Source: Octopus bimaculoides
Lineage: Eukaryota
Length of the DNA: 64,000 nt
Direction of reading: 5' to 3'
NCBI RefSeq assembly: GCF_001194135.2
Contig: NC_068991.1
Span: forward strand, 23,520,728-23,584,727
Shown here: one piece after another, positions 36,504-50,691 of the stretch
How positions within the stretch are numbered: position 1 is the first letter of the stretch
Layout of the letters: each line of letters opens with the position of its first letter
Made by a program: the position numbers and the translations under genes
The notes under the pieces: model-generated
Databases searched by the model: none
What the model saw: the letters and a program-made list of their open reading frames with translations, nothing else
What the model was told of the DNA's origin: nothing

Positions 36504-37437
36504 GTATGTATTATATTTGTGTGTGAGTGTGTGTGTGTATGTATGTATGTATGCACATGTATTATANNNNNNNNNNATATATAAACGAATGTATTATATG
36601 CCTGTATGAGAGTGTGTGTGCATGTAAGATATTCTATGAGAAGCGGGGGAAATATTAAGTTATGAAAGCTTGAAATACTATATTTTAGTGTTGCTGAGTT
36701 TTGTTTTGCTTTTAGTATTATAGTTATTGTTTAACCCTAGGTCAAACCCTTATAAAGCCAACCTATGAACCGTGGTCATCCAGACCTCTTTTTTTTCTAT
36801 ATATATATATATACGACAGTAAGATAGCAACAACCTGGAGGTATCTGTTCTGGCTCACTGCACACTGAGTTCAAATCCCGCCAAAGTCAACTGTGTCGTT
36901 CATTCTTTCTGGGTCAATAAAGAACCAGTCTAGCAACAAAGGTAATTATTCTTCTCTCTCTTTTTGTTTTCTTTTTCTTTGGAAGATTTTAGCTGTATTC
37001 AAATGAGAGGAGGGATGAGTTCCATCAGGCTTAAAATGTGCAACACATGTACTACATCATATGAGTTTCCACTGACACCATCAGAAGTTGATGGTTCGAG
37101 GGAAAGAATGGACTACAAAATAGTAGAGCTGATATTTTGGGAGACAGAGATTTGGCTGCTTTTTCTAGCATTTTCGTAATCCTTTTTTTTTTCCCCCTCA
37201 CCGAAGATATTGACACTTTCACATTCAGTTGCTGTAGAGTCGGAAGCAATAAGAATGGATTTGTCGCTCACATTTTAGTAGTTCTAATTGTGAATTATAG
37301 TAGTTCCAATAGTTGTGGTGGTGGTGGTGGTGGTGATGTTGGTGCTAGTGGCAGTGGCGATGGTGGTGTGGTGGAAGTGGTGTCGAAGACAGATGATAAT
37401 GATGATAACAATAGTGATGATGATGATATTATTATTA

Positions 37438-37795
37438 TTATTGTTCAGTAGTTTTATTTTTATAACGTGCTTTCACTTCACTACCGAGCGCAGCTCTGTG
37501 CGCCTTGAGTATGTGCTGTGGTGCTCTTATGTTTACTGTATTGAAAGTGTTTTGCGTAGGATGTGTCTGTATGTTATATATATTTGTAAGTCCTGCTATT
37601 TTTGTTATGTATTTGTCTGAATATTTTTTTATTATACCTAAGGCACCTACTATGATAGGAATTGTTTCTGTTTTTAGATTCCACATTCGAGTTATCTCTA
37701 TTTCCAGGTCTTTGTATTTTGAAAGTTTTTCCATTTCTTTTAGAGAAACGTTGTCATCTGCTGGTATTGATACATCAATTAGAAAGCATTTTTTT
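37438..37795 (-). mobile_element. 3' end of RLE-type LINE. A short + strand fragment of the same family is at about 33173-33262
   Basis: FLIDVSIPADDNVSLKEMEKLSKYKDLEIEITRMWNLKTETIPIIVGALG. Confidence 0.85.
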
Positions 37796-38765
37796 TCTTC
37801 ATGATCTTTGACAACTATATCTGGTCTATTTGCCTGGTACTATTATGATTATAACAATAATAAAAATATTGAAATGTGTATATTATCCATATTGTTCTTC
37901 TGATTGTTAAAGTAAACGTTCGCAGCGTTGTATAAACAGACTGACTTTTGGCAGTGTACATGTGTTTATGTGTGAGAGAGAGAGAAGGAATAAGAATAGC
38001 TAGAAGAGAGAGCTGTGGTGGAGAAAAGGAGAGTGACAAGATATGGGAGAGAGAGATGAAGTGCTGGAAAAAGAATAAGAAGAGTAAAGGAGGCGGAGGA
38101 AGAGTTGAAATACTTGGAAGGAGAGAGTAATAGAGGGGAGAGAGAGAAAAAGAAAAAGGAGAGTTGGTAATACAGAGAGGGAAAGGAGGAAGAGCAAAGT
38201 GAGCAACAAGAAAGGAGAGCAAAAGAGTTTGAGTGAGAGGAGAAAAAAGTCGAAAAGTGGGGGGGTAGAGGGAGAGAGGGGGGAGAGAAAAAGAAAAGCA
38301 AAATGGAATAAGAATGAAAGGAGAACAAGCCCAAAAATAGTTTTAAAAAACAACAATGAAAAATGAAAGAAATTAAAAAAGAAAGAAAGTGAAAGAGAGA
38401 AAGTATGGACCAAAAAATAAAACTGTAAGAAAGAAAGAAAGGAAGGAAGGAAGGAAGAAAGAAATAAAAATGTGAGAAAGAAAGAAAGAAAATGTAAGGA
38501 AGGAAGAAAGAAAGAAAGAATAAAAGAAAGAAAGAAAAGATAATCTATTCGGTATTGAGTCATAAACTTGTACCTAACACAAGCATGAAGTTGTTTTTGA
38601 AGTCACATGTGCCGACCTTATACACAGACATTCAATTTATAAAGGCTTCTCACAAAATAACCACCTTGCTCACAACTATACTCTGTAGCCTTTTAGTCAA
38701 CTTTCTACAAACCATTCATGTCCATTACTCAGACAAAATAGTAGTTTTGTTATCGGTAAATGTAG

Positions 38766-38799
<34 letters not shown>

Positions 38800-38809
38800 C
38801 ATCGTTTAA

Positions 38810-39094
38810 CGTCCGCTTTCCATGCTAGCATGGGTTGGACGATTTGACTGAGGACTGGTGAAACCAGATGGCAACACCAGGCTCCAATCTAATTTGGCAG
38901 AGTTTCTACAGCTGGATGCCCTTCCTAACGCCAACCACTCAGAGAGTGTAGTGGGTGCTTTTACGTGTCACCCGCACGAAGGCCAGTCAGGCGGTACTGG
39001 CAACGGCCACGCTCGAAATGGTGTCTTTTATGTGCCACCTGCACAAGAGCCAGTCCAGGGGCACTGGCAACGATCTCACTCGAAAACCCTACGA
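38810..39094 (-). mobile_element. High-copy SINE/LINE-tail family ending in (GAT)n. Other copies near 15185, 18700 (+), 45920, 48795, 52990 (+), 53850, 56055, 58845
   Basis: Near-identical blocks CATCATCGTTTAACGTCCGCTTTCCATGCTAGCATGGGTTGGACG... recur across the window. Confidence 0.85.
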
Positions 39095-40068
39095 NNNNNN
39101 NNNNNNNNNNNNNNNNNNNNNNNNNNNNNNNNNNNNNNNNNNNNNNNNNNNNNNNNNNNNNNNNNNNNNNNNNNNNNNNNNNNNNNNNNNNNNNNNNNNN
39201 NNNNNNNNNNNNNNNNNNNNNNNNNNNNNNNNNNNNNNNNNNNNNNNNNNNNNNNNNNNNNNNNNNNNNNNNNNNNNNNNNNNNNNNNNNNNNNNNNNNN
39301 NNNNNNNNNNNNNNNNNNNNNNNNNNNNNNNNNNNNNNNNNNNNNNNNNNNNNNNNNNNNNNNNNNNNNNNNNNNNNNNNNNNNNNNNNNNNNNNNNNNN
39401 NNNNNNNNNNNNNNNNNNNNNNNNNNNNNNNNNNNNNNNNNNNNNNNNNNNNNNNNNNNNNNNNNNNNNNNNNNNNNNNNNNNNNNNNNNNNNNNNNNNN
39501 NNNNNNNNNNNNNNNNNNNNNNNNNNNNNNNNNNNNNNNNNNNNNNNNNNNNNNNNNNNNNNNNNNNNNNNNNNNNNNNNNNNNNNNNNNNNNNNNNNNN
39601 NNNNNNNNNNNNNNNNNNNNNNNNNNNNNNNNNNNNNNNNNNNNNNNNNNNNNNNNNNNNNNNNNNNNNNNNNNNNNNNNNNNNNNNNNNNNNNNNNNNN
39701 NNNNNNNNNNNNNNNNNNNNNNNNNNNNNNNNNNNNNNNNNNNNNNNNNNNNNNNNNNNNNNNNNNNNNNNNNNNNNNNNNNNNNNNNNNNNNNNNNNNN
39801 NNNNNNNNNNNNNNNNNNNNNNNNNNNNNNNNTTGCTGCCTTGTTTGGTAACTCTTTTACTCTTTTAATTGTTTCAGTCATTTGACTGCGGCCATGCTGG
39901 AGCACCGCCTTTAGTCGAGCAAATCGACCCCAGGACTTATTCTTTGTAAGCCTAGTACTTATTCTATCGGTCTCTTTTGCCGAACCGCTAAGTTACGGAG
40001 ACATAAACACACCAGCATTGGTTGTCAAGCGATGTTGGGGGGACAAACACAGACACACAAACATACAT

Positions 40069-40099
<31 letters not shown>

Positions 40100-40655
40100 A
40101 ACAATATGAGTATATGCATATATATGTACATGTATGTACATACCTTCATCTACATGTACATATAAATACATATCTGGGTACATGACTTTGCAAAAAAAAA
40201 CATAGACAAAATGATAAACAAGGTACAAAAAACAAGCAGGCCACATAGAGAACATATCCTTCATCAGCTGCCACCATTAAAACACTGGCATTTCGACGAG
40301 CTTCTTTCAGTTTCCGCTTACCAGATATCCACTCACAAGGCTTTGGTCAGCCCGAGGCTATAGTAGAAGACACTTGCCCAAGGTGCCATGCAGCAGGACT
40401 GAACCCAGAACCATGTGGTTGGTAAGCAAGCTACTTACCACATAGCCACTCCTAAATATTAATCAATATTAATGTTTCACTTTCATATTATCTATATTTG
40501 TTTCTTGAAGGCATGCAGGGCTGTGTCATTAAGAAGTTTTCAGCATCCGGGCTATTGCGAGTTCACCCTTGCTGTATGACAGACACTTAACTACTGTAAT
40601 CTTAGGTTGACCAATATATTGTGGATGGAATTTGGTGAACAGAAACTGTAGATAA

Positions 40656-40709
<54 letters not shown>

Positions 40710-42299
40710 ATGTCAAAATAATTTCACTTGTTTTGAAGTGATCTGCAAGTTACAAAACTTTCAGGAGCCAGTGTAGTGGAGGTATGATTTGAAGATTTNN
40801 NNNNNNNNNNNNNNNNNNNNNNNNNNNNNNNNNNNNNNNNNNNNNNNNNNNNNNNNNNNNNNNNNNNNNNNNNNNNNNNNNNNNNNNNNNNNNNNNNNNN
40901 NNNNNNNNNNNNNNNNNNNNNNNNNNNNNNNNNNNNNNNNNNNNNNNNNNNNNNNNNNNNNNNNNNNNNNNNNNNNNNNNNNNNNNNNNNNNNNNNNNNN
41001 NNNNNNNNNNNNNNNNNNNNNNNNNNNNNNNNNNNNNNNNNNNNNNNNNNNNNNNNNNNNNNNNNNNNNNNNNNNNNNNNNNNNNNNNNNNNNNNNNNNN
41101 NNNNNNNNNNNNNNNNNNNNNNNNNNNNNNNNNNNNNNNNNNNNNNNNNNNNNNNNNNNNNNNNNNNNNNNNNNNNNNNNNNNNNNNNCAGACACGTGTA
41201 CCCTTAACGTAGTTCTCGGGGATATTCAGCGTGACATTATGTGACAAGGCTGACCCTTTGAATTATAGGCACAACAGAAACAGGAAGTAAGAGTGAGAGA
41301 AAGTTGTGGTGAAAGAGTACAGCAGGGTTCGCCACCATCCCCTGCTGGAGCCTCGTGGAGCTTTAGGTGTTTTCGCTCAATAAACACTCGCAACGCCCGG
41401 TCTGGGAATTGAAACTGCGATCCTATGACCGCGAGTCCGCTGCCCCAACCACTGGGTCATTGCGCCTCCACTCATAGAATGAATAACAGGAGCAGTTTCT
41501 ACACTGGCTCAAGCAACAATAGTTAAATTGCTTCCTGGTTTGTGAGTTCATGTTGTACTGTTATCAGCTTAGCCACACAAGTGTGCAACTCCCACCACTG
41601 ACATTGTTTCTTCATAACTTTCTGAAAAATGGTTGTTTTTCAATGTAATTTCCTACAAACACCCTTCAGATGGAATAGATTATGAGTGTATCAGAGTTTA
41701 ATGGTAAAAAGAAAGAAAAAGAAAAATGTGGGCAAGCACAGTGCATGCTGATACACATCTTTTATCTTTTAATTGTTTCAGTCATTTGGCTGTGCCATGC
41801 TGGGGCACCGCCTTGAAGAATTTTAGTTTAACAAATCAACACCAGTACTTTTTTTTCCTTTAAGCCTGGTTCTTATTACATCAGTTTATTTTGCTGAACT
41901 ATTGAGTTACAGAGATGTAAACAAGCTAACACAAGTTATCAAGCAGTGGGCGGGGTGCAAACACACACACACACACACATTCAGTTTCCATCTACCAAAT
42001 CCACTAACAAGGCTTTAGTTGGCCCGAGGCTATAGTAGAAGACACTTGCCCAAGGTGCCATGCAGTGGGAATGAACCCGGAATCACGTGGTTGCGAAGCA
42101 AACTTCTTACCACACAGCCACGCCAGCGCTTATCATAATTTTTTTTTTTTTTTTTCCGAATTTTCAAGTTCCGTTAAGTAGATATAATTGGCATAGATAT
42201 ATATGTAATGTGCGAAATGGAGGCCGTGAAGCTCTCTGTATCATAATTGATATTCACGACCTCTGACTTGGACGAGTTAGTTTTGAGGCCGATCCTTAC

Positions 42300-42400
42300 C
42301 AGTACGGGAACCACTGATCTGAGATTGTAACACACTCTCTTGTGGGACCGCCTATCATCGCGTATCAATATATATGTGTGAGCGCCCACCAATTTTTTTC
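42300..42400 (-). promoter_or_regulatory. Candidate non-coding first exon / promoter of the Macro-TIR gene
   Basis: Unique, relatively CpG-rich sequence ending in CTG|GTAAGG (donor at 42300/42299). No transcript evidence. Confidence 0.3.
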
Positions 42401-45400
42401 TCAATCAGTTTTGGTGGGGGAACATTTATGTCGGAATCCCCCGTTATTCTTGTGTTAAAAGGAAACAAAATGCCACTGCTTAAAATTCATTCATGTAAAG
42501 TGACTAAAGACACGCTCGTGAAGTACATTAAATTATCATTTTTATTATTTTCTATTGATAGTTACTTGCTATCATTTGGTTGCGTGGAGAAAGAGATAAA
42601 AGTTTTTTTTTTTTTTTTAAAAACTTTTCATTACATAATATTTTGTTTGTAGATGTTTTTTTAATTGATCCTCTAAAAAATTTTAGATATAAATACGTTA
42701 TTTAATGCTTACACACACACACACAGACACACACACACACAGACACACATATGTATAAGTATTTATTTTAAAAATGGGTAAGGCCGGTTTATGGGATTAC
42801 CTTAGGTTTCCCGTCCATAAAGGGTTTAGCTTTGTGGCATATCGTCAGATCCCAAAAACCCGTTGGCCCATGACCTCTTAAATATNNNNNNNNNNNNNNN
42901 NNNNNNNNNNNNNNNNNNNNNNNNNNNNNNNNNNNNNNNNNNNNNNNNNNNNNNNNNNCCTAAACACGTATTCATTTGCACACGTGGGTTGGGGATATGG
43001 TTAGGGATAGGGTTAGGGACAGGGTTAGGGTTAGGATCGACCACTCAAGACTAGCTAGTCCGGACGCGCGACTGCGCGTTCGGGACCGTGCTGCTTTAGT
43101 AGTACCTATATATATATAGAGAGAGAGAGAGAGATTGAACAAACTGTACTTACAGTAATAATTATGCAGCAGCTTCGTGTAAAACTCCGCGAAAGTATTT
43201 CGCTGTTCTCTGTTGGAAAAATTGAAAATAGTAATAATAACATTTAATTTTAACTGATTGACTCACTTTCTATCTCGTTCTCATCCACTCACTCATTCTT
43301 TCAGCTATGTACTTTTATACCACAAAACTAATTAATTACCTCAGTAATTTACGATAAATTCTGAAAAAATACACAAGGAAACGTACCGTTTCTTAATTTT
43401 CGCGTGCTTTCTAGTGAATCATTTACATCGTTCTCCTACAGAGCAGCCACAAACACCCGTTAGCAGCGGATTCTTCACGTTTCCTTCCTATCTATAAATA
43501 AACTGTTGTTGAGTTTTAATATTCATCCTGTCATTCAGTGTTTGATAGCTGTAATAAAAGTACATGGTGACTTTATTTCGTTGTTAATGGTGATTTTTAG
43601 TATAAACACATTGCTATAAATTATAGAGGACAAGGTTGATTAAATCATCTGTAGGATATGCCTATTGTCTATTTTCGTGGCCCGACAAGATTTCCGCTTT
43701 AAGCATGTTACGAAACAAATTGAATTATTTTGTATGGCATAATCCTCGCCCTGTCAACTATTATTTTTGGAATCTTTAGAGTGGGGGCCAAAATAACTCG
43801 CGGTTTACACATGTCTACTCTGTGGATTCAAGCCCTACTGACGTCGACTTCGTCTTTTATCCATCATAGATCGATAAAATAAGTATTAGATATAATCAGC
43901 TGTGTCCCTCCAAAATTATATGGTCATGTACCAATATGTTAGAAACCACAGCGCTTTATAGTACTTAATTCATTCGCTATGCATGCTGCGAGCGAGCGAG
44001 GGAAACTCCATAAGGTTACTTGAACTAGGAGAAATAGTAGTCAAGTCCCTCAGCTCACGCAGTCTCACCTTGGTTAAAAAAAAAAAGAACTCATAATTTA
44101 ATAGTTCTACATATTGCAAAATATGTGGGAAGAGTAATTTTGGGATGATCACGGCTGGAATGCCTTTGTAGATTGCGCAGTTAGAGCTGACTTGGGGTTA
44201 AACAACATCAAGAACTATATATTTCACGTTTAATTCCAGCAGAGGTAATATTCTCTTTTTATTTATAATAAAGTACCTGTGATATGCTGGCTTATTGTTT
44301 GATCAACAGTACTCTTACCTCGGTAAACTTGCTCTTGGATTTCGTTAAAATAAACTATTAATAGAAAATGGAATACATCTGGATTAATACTCTTCGTTGA
44401 AAGCAACATATGTCCCTTTCTTCGTGGTGAAGTCGATTTAATAAGTACCTGGTTGTTAAATACCAGTAATTTAATGCGTCCGACTCTGACTGCATATTTA
44501 GACTACTGAAAGATTGGTTTCGAGAAGGAAAAAGTTGTAATACGGGGAGGAGGGATAGAAAGATAGCAAAAGTACGGAGGGATGAGTGAGGGAACATAAA
44601 AGAAAAGAAAAGAAATGTGAATAAGGAGGAAGAGAAGAAACAAAAACAGAAAATACATAATAATGATAAGAGAAAGAAAGAAAGAAAGAAAATGACTGAT
44701 TGAGTAAAAGAAAAAAAGGAAGAAAACTGAGAGAAAGAGGAAAAGGAAAACAAGACAGTCTGATTGCTGATGGAAAAAAAAAAGAAAAAGAAACAAGGAT
44801 AGAGTGATACAGAGAGAGGGGGTGGGGAGCACAAGGAGGAGAAGGAAAAAGGGAAATTAAAAAGTTTAGGAAAGGTGAGAGCAAGTAAAAAGAAAGAGGG
44901 AGAAGATGAAGAGGTGAAAAGTTAGGAAAATAGAGTGTGAGAGTAAATTGATAGATAGAAGAAAGAAGGGATGCAAAGAGTAAAAGGAGAGAGGAGGAGA
45001 CTGAGTGAGTTAAATAGAGGAGAGAGAAAAGGAGGGTAGATAGTAAAAAGAAGAAAAGAAGCTAGAGTGGGGGTGTACTGAAATGGAAGAATGGGGGAAG
45101 AAAAAGAGAGAGAGAGAGGGTGTCTGCTGTGTATATAAAGAAGAGAGAACTATTCTGTGTAATATGCACAGATGGAGTGTGTGTGTGTATGTGTGTGTAT
45201 GGATAATAGTTAAATTTCCTTCTCACAATTTGGACATCAACAGATCATGCATGTACATGTTGATAACATGACCAGAAGATGATATTATAAATGCATCAGT
45301 ATACATTACTTGTTTGTGTGTGTGTGTGTGTATTAAGCTTTATTTATTGTGATCGGATGCCTGAGTTTGCATAAACTCATTCTTCCATCAAACCAATATT

Positions 45401-45742
45401 GCTGATACAGGTGCACAGGTGTGCCATGCGCCAGATGTTGAAATGATCATAGAGCAATGTGGATTGAAGTGTTTTGCTCAAGAACACAATGTGCCACCTG
45501 GTCTAGGAATCAAAACCACAACCTTGTGATTGTGAGTGCAACATCCTAACCATAAAGGCACAAAAAGAATTCAGTTTAATTTAGATTAATTAATTATATA
45601 ACATAAATATGAAATTATACCTTTAATAATATTAATCATAATGAAACAGCTGTTGAGCACAATTAAAGTATGAACTATATGTGAAATTTATGCTTTTCTG
45701 CTAAAGTTGTGCATGCATATACATTTATATATATGCTAGAAA

Positions 45743-45806
<64 letters not shown>

Positions 45807-45866
45807 TAAGATTCCATTGAATTAGGTACTTAAATTGTTACTTATTTATATTTATTTTACACACAC

Positions 45867-45902
<36 letters not shown>

Positions 45903-46163
45903 CATCATCATCATCATCATCATCGTTTAACGTCCGCTTTCCATGCTAGCATGGGTTGGACGATTTGACTGAGGACTGGTGAAACCGGATGGCAACACCA
46001 GGCTCCAGTCTAATTTGGCAGAGTTTCTACAGCTGGATGCCCTTCCTAACGCCAACCACTCAGAGAGTGTAGTGGGTGCTTTTACGTGTCACCCGCACGA
46101 AAACGGCCACGCTCAAAATGGTGTCTTTTATGTGCCACCCGCACAAGCCAGTCCAGGGGCACT

Positions 46164-46197
<34 letters not shown>

Positions 46198-46348
46198 TAT
46201 ACATACATATACATATGTACATACATATACATATGTACATACATATACATACATATATATACAAATATATACACATTCATACACACATATCACACACACA
46301 TATACTGTTACAGTTTCATCCCACTCTCTTTTCACCCTCTCCATTTCC

Positions 46349-46402
<54 letters not shown>

Positions 46403-47554
46403 TAATTATTAATTAATTAATGACAGCCTCTCAAGTTTGAGAAAGATGTTTGTGTTACATGGTCAACATCTCCGAATGCGCATGTGACTTCATCTGAAGT
46501 CAGGCACACAGATACAGTTGCATGAAGAGCAAGGAACACTACTAGGTGGGTTGTGAGCAGATGCTTTTCTGTGTCTCTCATGGCTTACCCCGAGGTGCAT
46601 AATATGCCAGTTGTTTTGGAAGTTGTTTGCTGCCTTGGAGCATAGGTTGTGCTACTTGGTCCAGTCAACTGTAGCACACTCGAGATTGTGAAACTGGATC
46701 TCAGAATTTCCAACCATAAATCTTCAGCTGTTCAGTCAACTGAACTACCTGTTCATTGAATTAGAATATAGGTGGCTGAGTATTTCACAGACAAATCCAC
46801 TCACAAGGCTTTGGTCAGTCTGGAACTCTAGTACAAAGCATATGCCCAAGGTGCCCCACAGTGGAATTGAAACCAAAACTATGTGGCTAGGAAACAAACT
46901 TTTTATTGCTCTGGCACGTCTGCACCTTTGATAGACAGCCTGAAACTCCAGTTTCATGCATGATTTTAAAAAAAAAAAACATAATTTTTGTTATTATCTC
47001 AATAAGTATTATTATGCTACTACTATGGGGGTGAGCTGGCAGAATCATTAGCACATCAGATAAAATGCTTAGCTGCATTTCTCCTGACTCATTACGTTCT
47101 GAGTTCAAATTCACCTGAGGTCAACTTTGCCTTTCATCTCTCCAAGGTCAATGAATAAACTACCATTCAAGCAATGGAGTCAATGTACTCTCAAAATTTC
47201 TGGCCTACTGCCAAAATTAAAAAGAATTGTTAATACTGCTATTACTGCTAGCAGCAGCAGCAGTAGCAGCAACAGTGGTTAAAGCATGACTTTGGGCACA
47301 AGCATGGCTGTATGGTTAAGAAGTTTGGTTCACAACTACATGGGTTCAAGTTTGGTCATGCAGGTTATGAGGTAAACTATCACTACCACCACCACCACCA
47401 CCAAATTTAGCTTTAACAGAGAAAACTAAAATAAAAACAAAAAGACTCAAAAACCAGTTTTGTGTATTGTTTCATGGGGTTTTTTTTTTTATTCTTGTCC
47501 ATCTTTTATTTAGAAATGGTTCCTGCTGTCACATAATGATTAACTTGAAACATC

Positions 47555-47989
47555 TTCATCACCACTACCACCACTACTATCATAATCATCAGCACCATAA
47601 CCCACAGCACCACCACCACCACTGCCACCATCATCATCATCCTTATCACCATTATTATCATCATCCTCAATACCACCATAACCACCAACATCAATATCAC
47701 CACCACCACTGCTATCACTACCACCATCATCATCATGATCATCATCGTCGTCGTCGTCGTCGTCGTCGTCGTCNNNNNNNNNNNNNNNNNNNNNNNNNNN
47801 NNNNNNNNNNNNNNNNNNNNNNNNNNNNNNNNNNNNNNNNNNNNNNNNNNNNNNNNNNNNNNNNNNNNNNNNNNNNNNNNNNNNNNNNNNNNNNNNNNNN
47901 NNNNNNNNNNNNNNNNNNNNNNNNNNNNNNNNNNNNNNNNNNNNNNNNNNNNNNNNNNNNNNNNNNNNNNNNNNNNNNNNNNNNNNNNN

Positions 47990-48056
<67 letters not shown>

Positions 48057-48075
48057 TCATCACATCATCATCATC
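47555..48075. repeat. Compound CAC/CAT/CGT trinucleotide repeat spanning an N gap
   Basis: Direct inspection. Confidence 0.9.
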
Positions 48076-48706
48076 AATCTTGGGAGAAAATTCTTCTCCA
48101 AGACATGTGTGAAAACACATTGGGTTGTGAATGATGTCATTGTGTTCCTGCATTCTTTTGCTTTGTCAACAAGCACCAAATTTGTCCTTCGCAGCCTGAT
48201 AAGAACAATATTTCCATAGCTGAAGGCCTACCCATGTCCAAGTGTGCTCGAGTGTGTTAAATATGACTTCACATGGAATATATTTTATTCAGCACTACTT
48301 TTTGTACAACTACAATTATTTCTAGCTTGAACCTACCATATGCCATACTAATATAAAAATGAATTCATTCTTATTACACTGTTCATTATTGACAATAAAA
48401 AAAAGAACATAGAAACACGTGTCATATAATCCAGTGACATCATTCACAGCTCAATGTGTTTTCCCATGTCATCTAGGAGAATTTTCTCCCAGGAACTATT
48501 TCTGCAGCAGCAGGTCTTCCCACATCTGAATGTATTCAAGTATGTTAAATATGCACAGGCATGGCTGTGTGGTAAGAAGCTTACTGCCCGACCACATACT
48601 TCTGGGTTCAATCCCACTGCGTGACACCTTTGGCAAGTGTTTTCTATTATAGCCTTGGACTGATCAAAGCCTTGTGATAGGATTTGGTTGACAGAAACTG
48701 AAAGAA

Positions 48707-48784
<78 letters not shown>

Positions 48785-49129
48785 NNNNNNNNNNTACAGC
48801 TGGATGCCCTTCCGAATGCCAACGACTCTGAGAGTGTAGTGGGTGCTTTTACGTGCCACCGGCACGAAGGCCAGTCAGGCGGTACTGGCAACGGCCACGC
48901 TCAAAATGGTGTATTTTATGTGCCACCTGCACAGGAGCCAGTCCAGCGGCACTGGCAACGACCTCGCTTGAATGTCTTTTCACGTGCCACCACCACAAAT
49001 GCCAGGAAGGCAACACTGGTAACGATCCCGCTCAAATGGTGCTATTTACATGCTACTGGCACAGAAGCCAGACAGCTGCTCTGGCAACGATCACACTCGG
49101 ACGGTGTTCTTAGCGCTCCACTGGTACAG

Positions 49130-49510
49130 GTGCCATCATGATTTCGCTTTCACTTGCCCCAACAGGTCTTCGCAAGCCGAGTTTAGTGTCCAATGAAGGA
49201 GATGTTGGCATGGGTGCCAGTCATAGAATTTGGTTCGATTTCGATTTCCCTTGCCTCAACAGGTCTTCGCAAGCGGGGTTTAGTGTCCAATGAAGGAAAG
49301 GTACGCATAAGTGGGCTGGCTACACCCCACGCACAGGCCTCGGATTATGGTCTCACTTGGCTTGCCGGGTCTTCTCACGCACAGCATATTTCCAAAGGTC
49401 TTGGTCACTAGTCATTGCCTCGGTGAGGCCTAATGTTTGAAGGTTGTGCTTCACCACCTCATCCCAGGTCTTCCTGGGTCTACCTCTTTCACAAATTCCC
49501 TCAACCACTA
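49130..49510 (-). mobile_element. RTE LINE 3' end
   Basis: GRPRKTWDEVVKHNLQTLGLTEAMTSDQDLWKYAVREKTRQAK-stop. Confidence 0.8.
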
Positions 49511-49760
49511 GGGTATATATGTATATATGAGTGTGTGTGTGTGTGTTTATATATCTGTATATATGGGTTAGTAGAGTTAGCGGTTGGAATAACTGTTTGA
49601 GATAAGAATATCCATTTTTACTACTGGTATAAATTACCTATGTTAACCCTGGGCATATATATGCAAGCATATTATGCTCATAGGATACAGGCAATAACAA
49701 AATAAACAAAATAAACAAGAGTTCATCAGGAATCAAATTCATTTTCTCCATTTTCTGTTT

Positions 49761-49857
<97 letters not shown>

Positions 49858-50299
49858 GTATATATNNNNNNNNNNNNNNNNNNNNNNNNNNNNNNNNNNN
49901 NNNNNNNNNNNNNNNNNNNNNNNNNNNNNNNNNNNNNNNNNNNNNNNNNNNNNNNNNNNNNNNNNNNNNNNNNNNNNNNNNNNNNNNNNNNNNNNNNNNN
50001 NNNNNNNNNNNNNNNNNNNNNNNNNNNNNNNNNNNNNNNNNNNNNNNNNNNNNNNNNNNNNNNNNNNNNNNNNNNNNNNNNNNNNNNNNNNNNNNNNNNN
50101 NNNNNNNNNNNNNNNNNNNNNNNNNNNNNNNNNNNNNNNNNNNNNNNNNNNNNNNNNNNNNNNNNNNNNNNNNNNNNNNNNNNNNNNNNNNNNNNNNNNN
50201 NNNNNNNNNNNNNNNNNNNNNNNNNNNNNNNNNNNNNNNNNNNNNNNNNNNNNNNNNNNNNNNNNNNNNNNNNNNNNNNNNNNNNNNNNNNNNNNNNNN

Positions 50300-50337
<38 letters not shown>

Positions 50338-50691
50338 GTGTGTGTCTTGACCCCCCCACCACTGCGTGACAATTGGTGTTGGTGTGTTTATGTCTCTGTA
50401 ACTTAGCAGCTTGGCAAAAGAAATTGATAGAATAAGTACCAGGCTTAAAAAAGAAAAGTACTAGGTTCAATTCATTCAACAAAAAGTCCTTCAAGATGGT
50501 ACCCCAGCATGGCCGTAGTCTAATGACTGAAGCAATCAAAAGATAAAAAATGATTTGACACAAATACATTTTTTTTTTTCAGTGATGCCTTGAGCAATTT
50601 TATCTATTTCCTTCCTTATATTCTTTGATCAGCATATATTCTGACTGTTTGCAGATATTCTGTTTCTAGACTGCCTAAGTATGGTATAGAG

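Noticed and set aside
38858-39905. Long ORFs of 300+ aa here and at 31907, 40750, 47467, 49638, 54010 and 60485
   Set aside because: They are open only because they run through N gaps, SINEs and microsatellites.
43970-44210. Exon-like segment with AAG|GTGAGA
   Set aside because: It matches a dispersed SINE seen near 19080, 35570 and 35850.
44358-44884. Phe/Ser/Leu-rich minus-strand ORFs
   Set aside because: They derive from a GA-rich low-complexity tract.
47467-48219. His-rich ORF resembling cephalopod beak proteins
   Set aside because: It is a compound trinucleotide microsatellite across a gap, with no splice or domain support.
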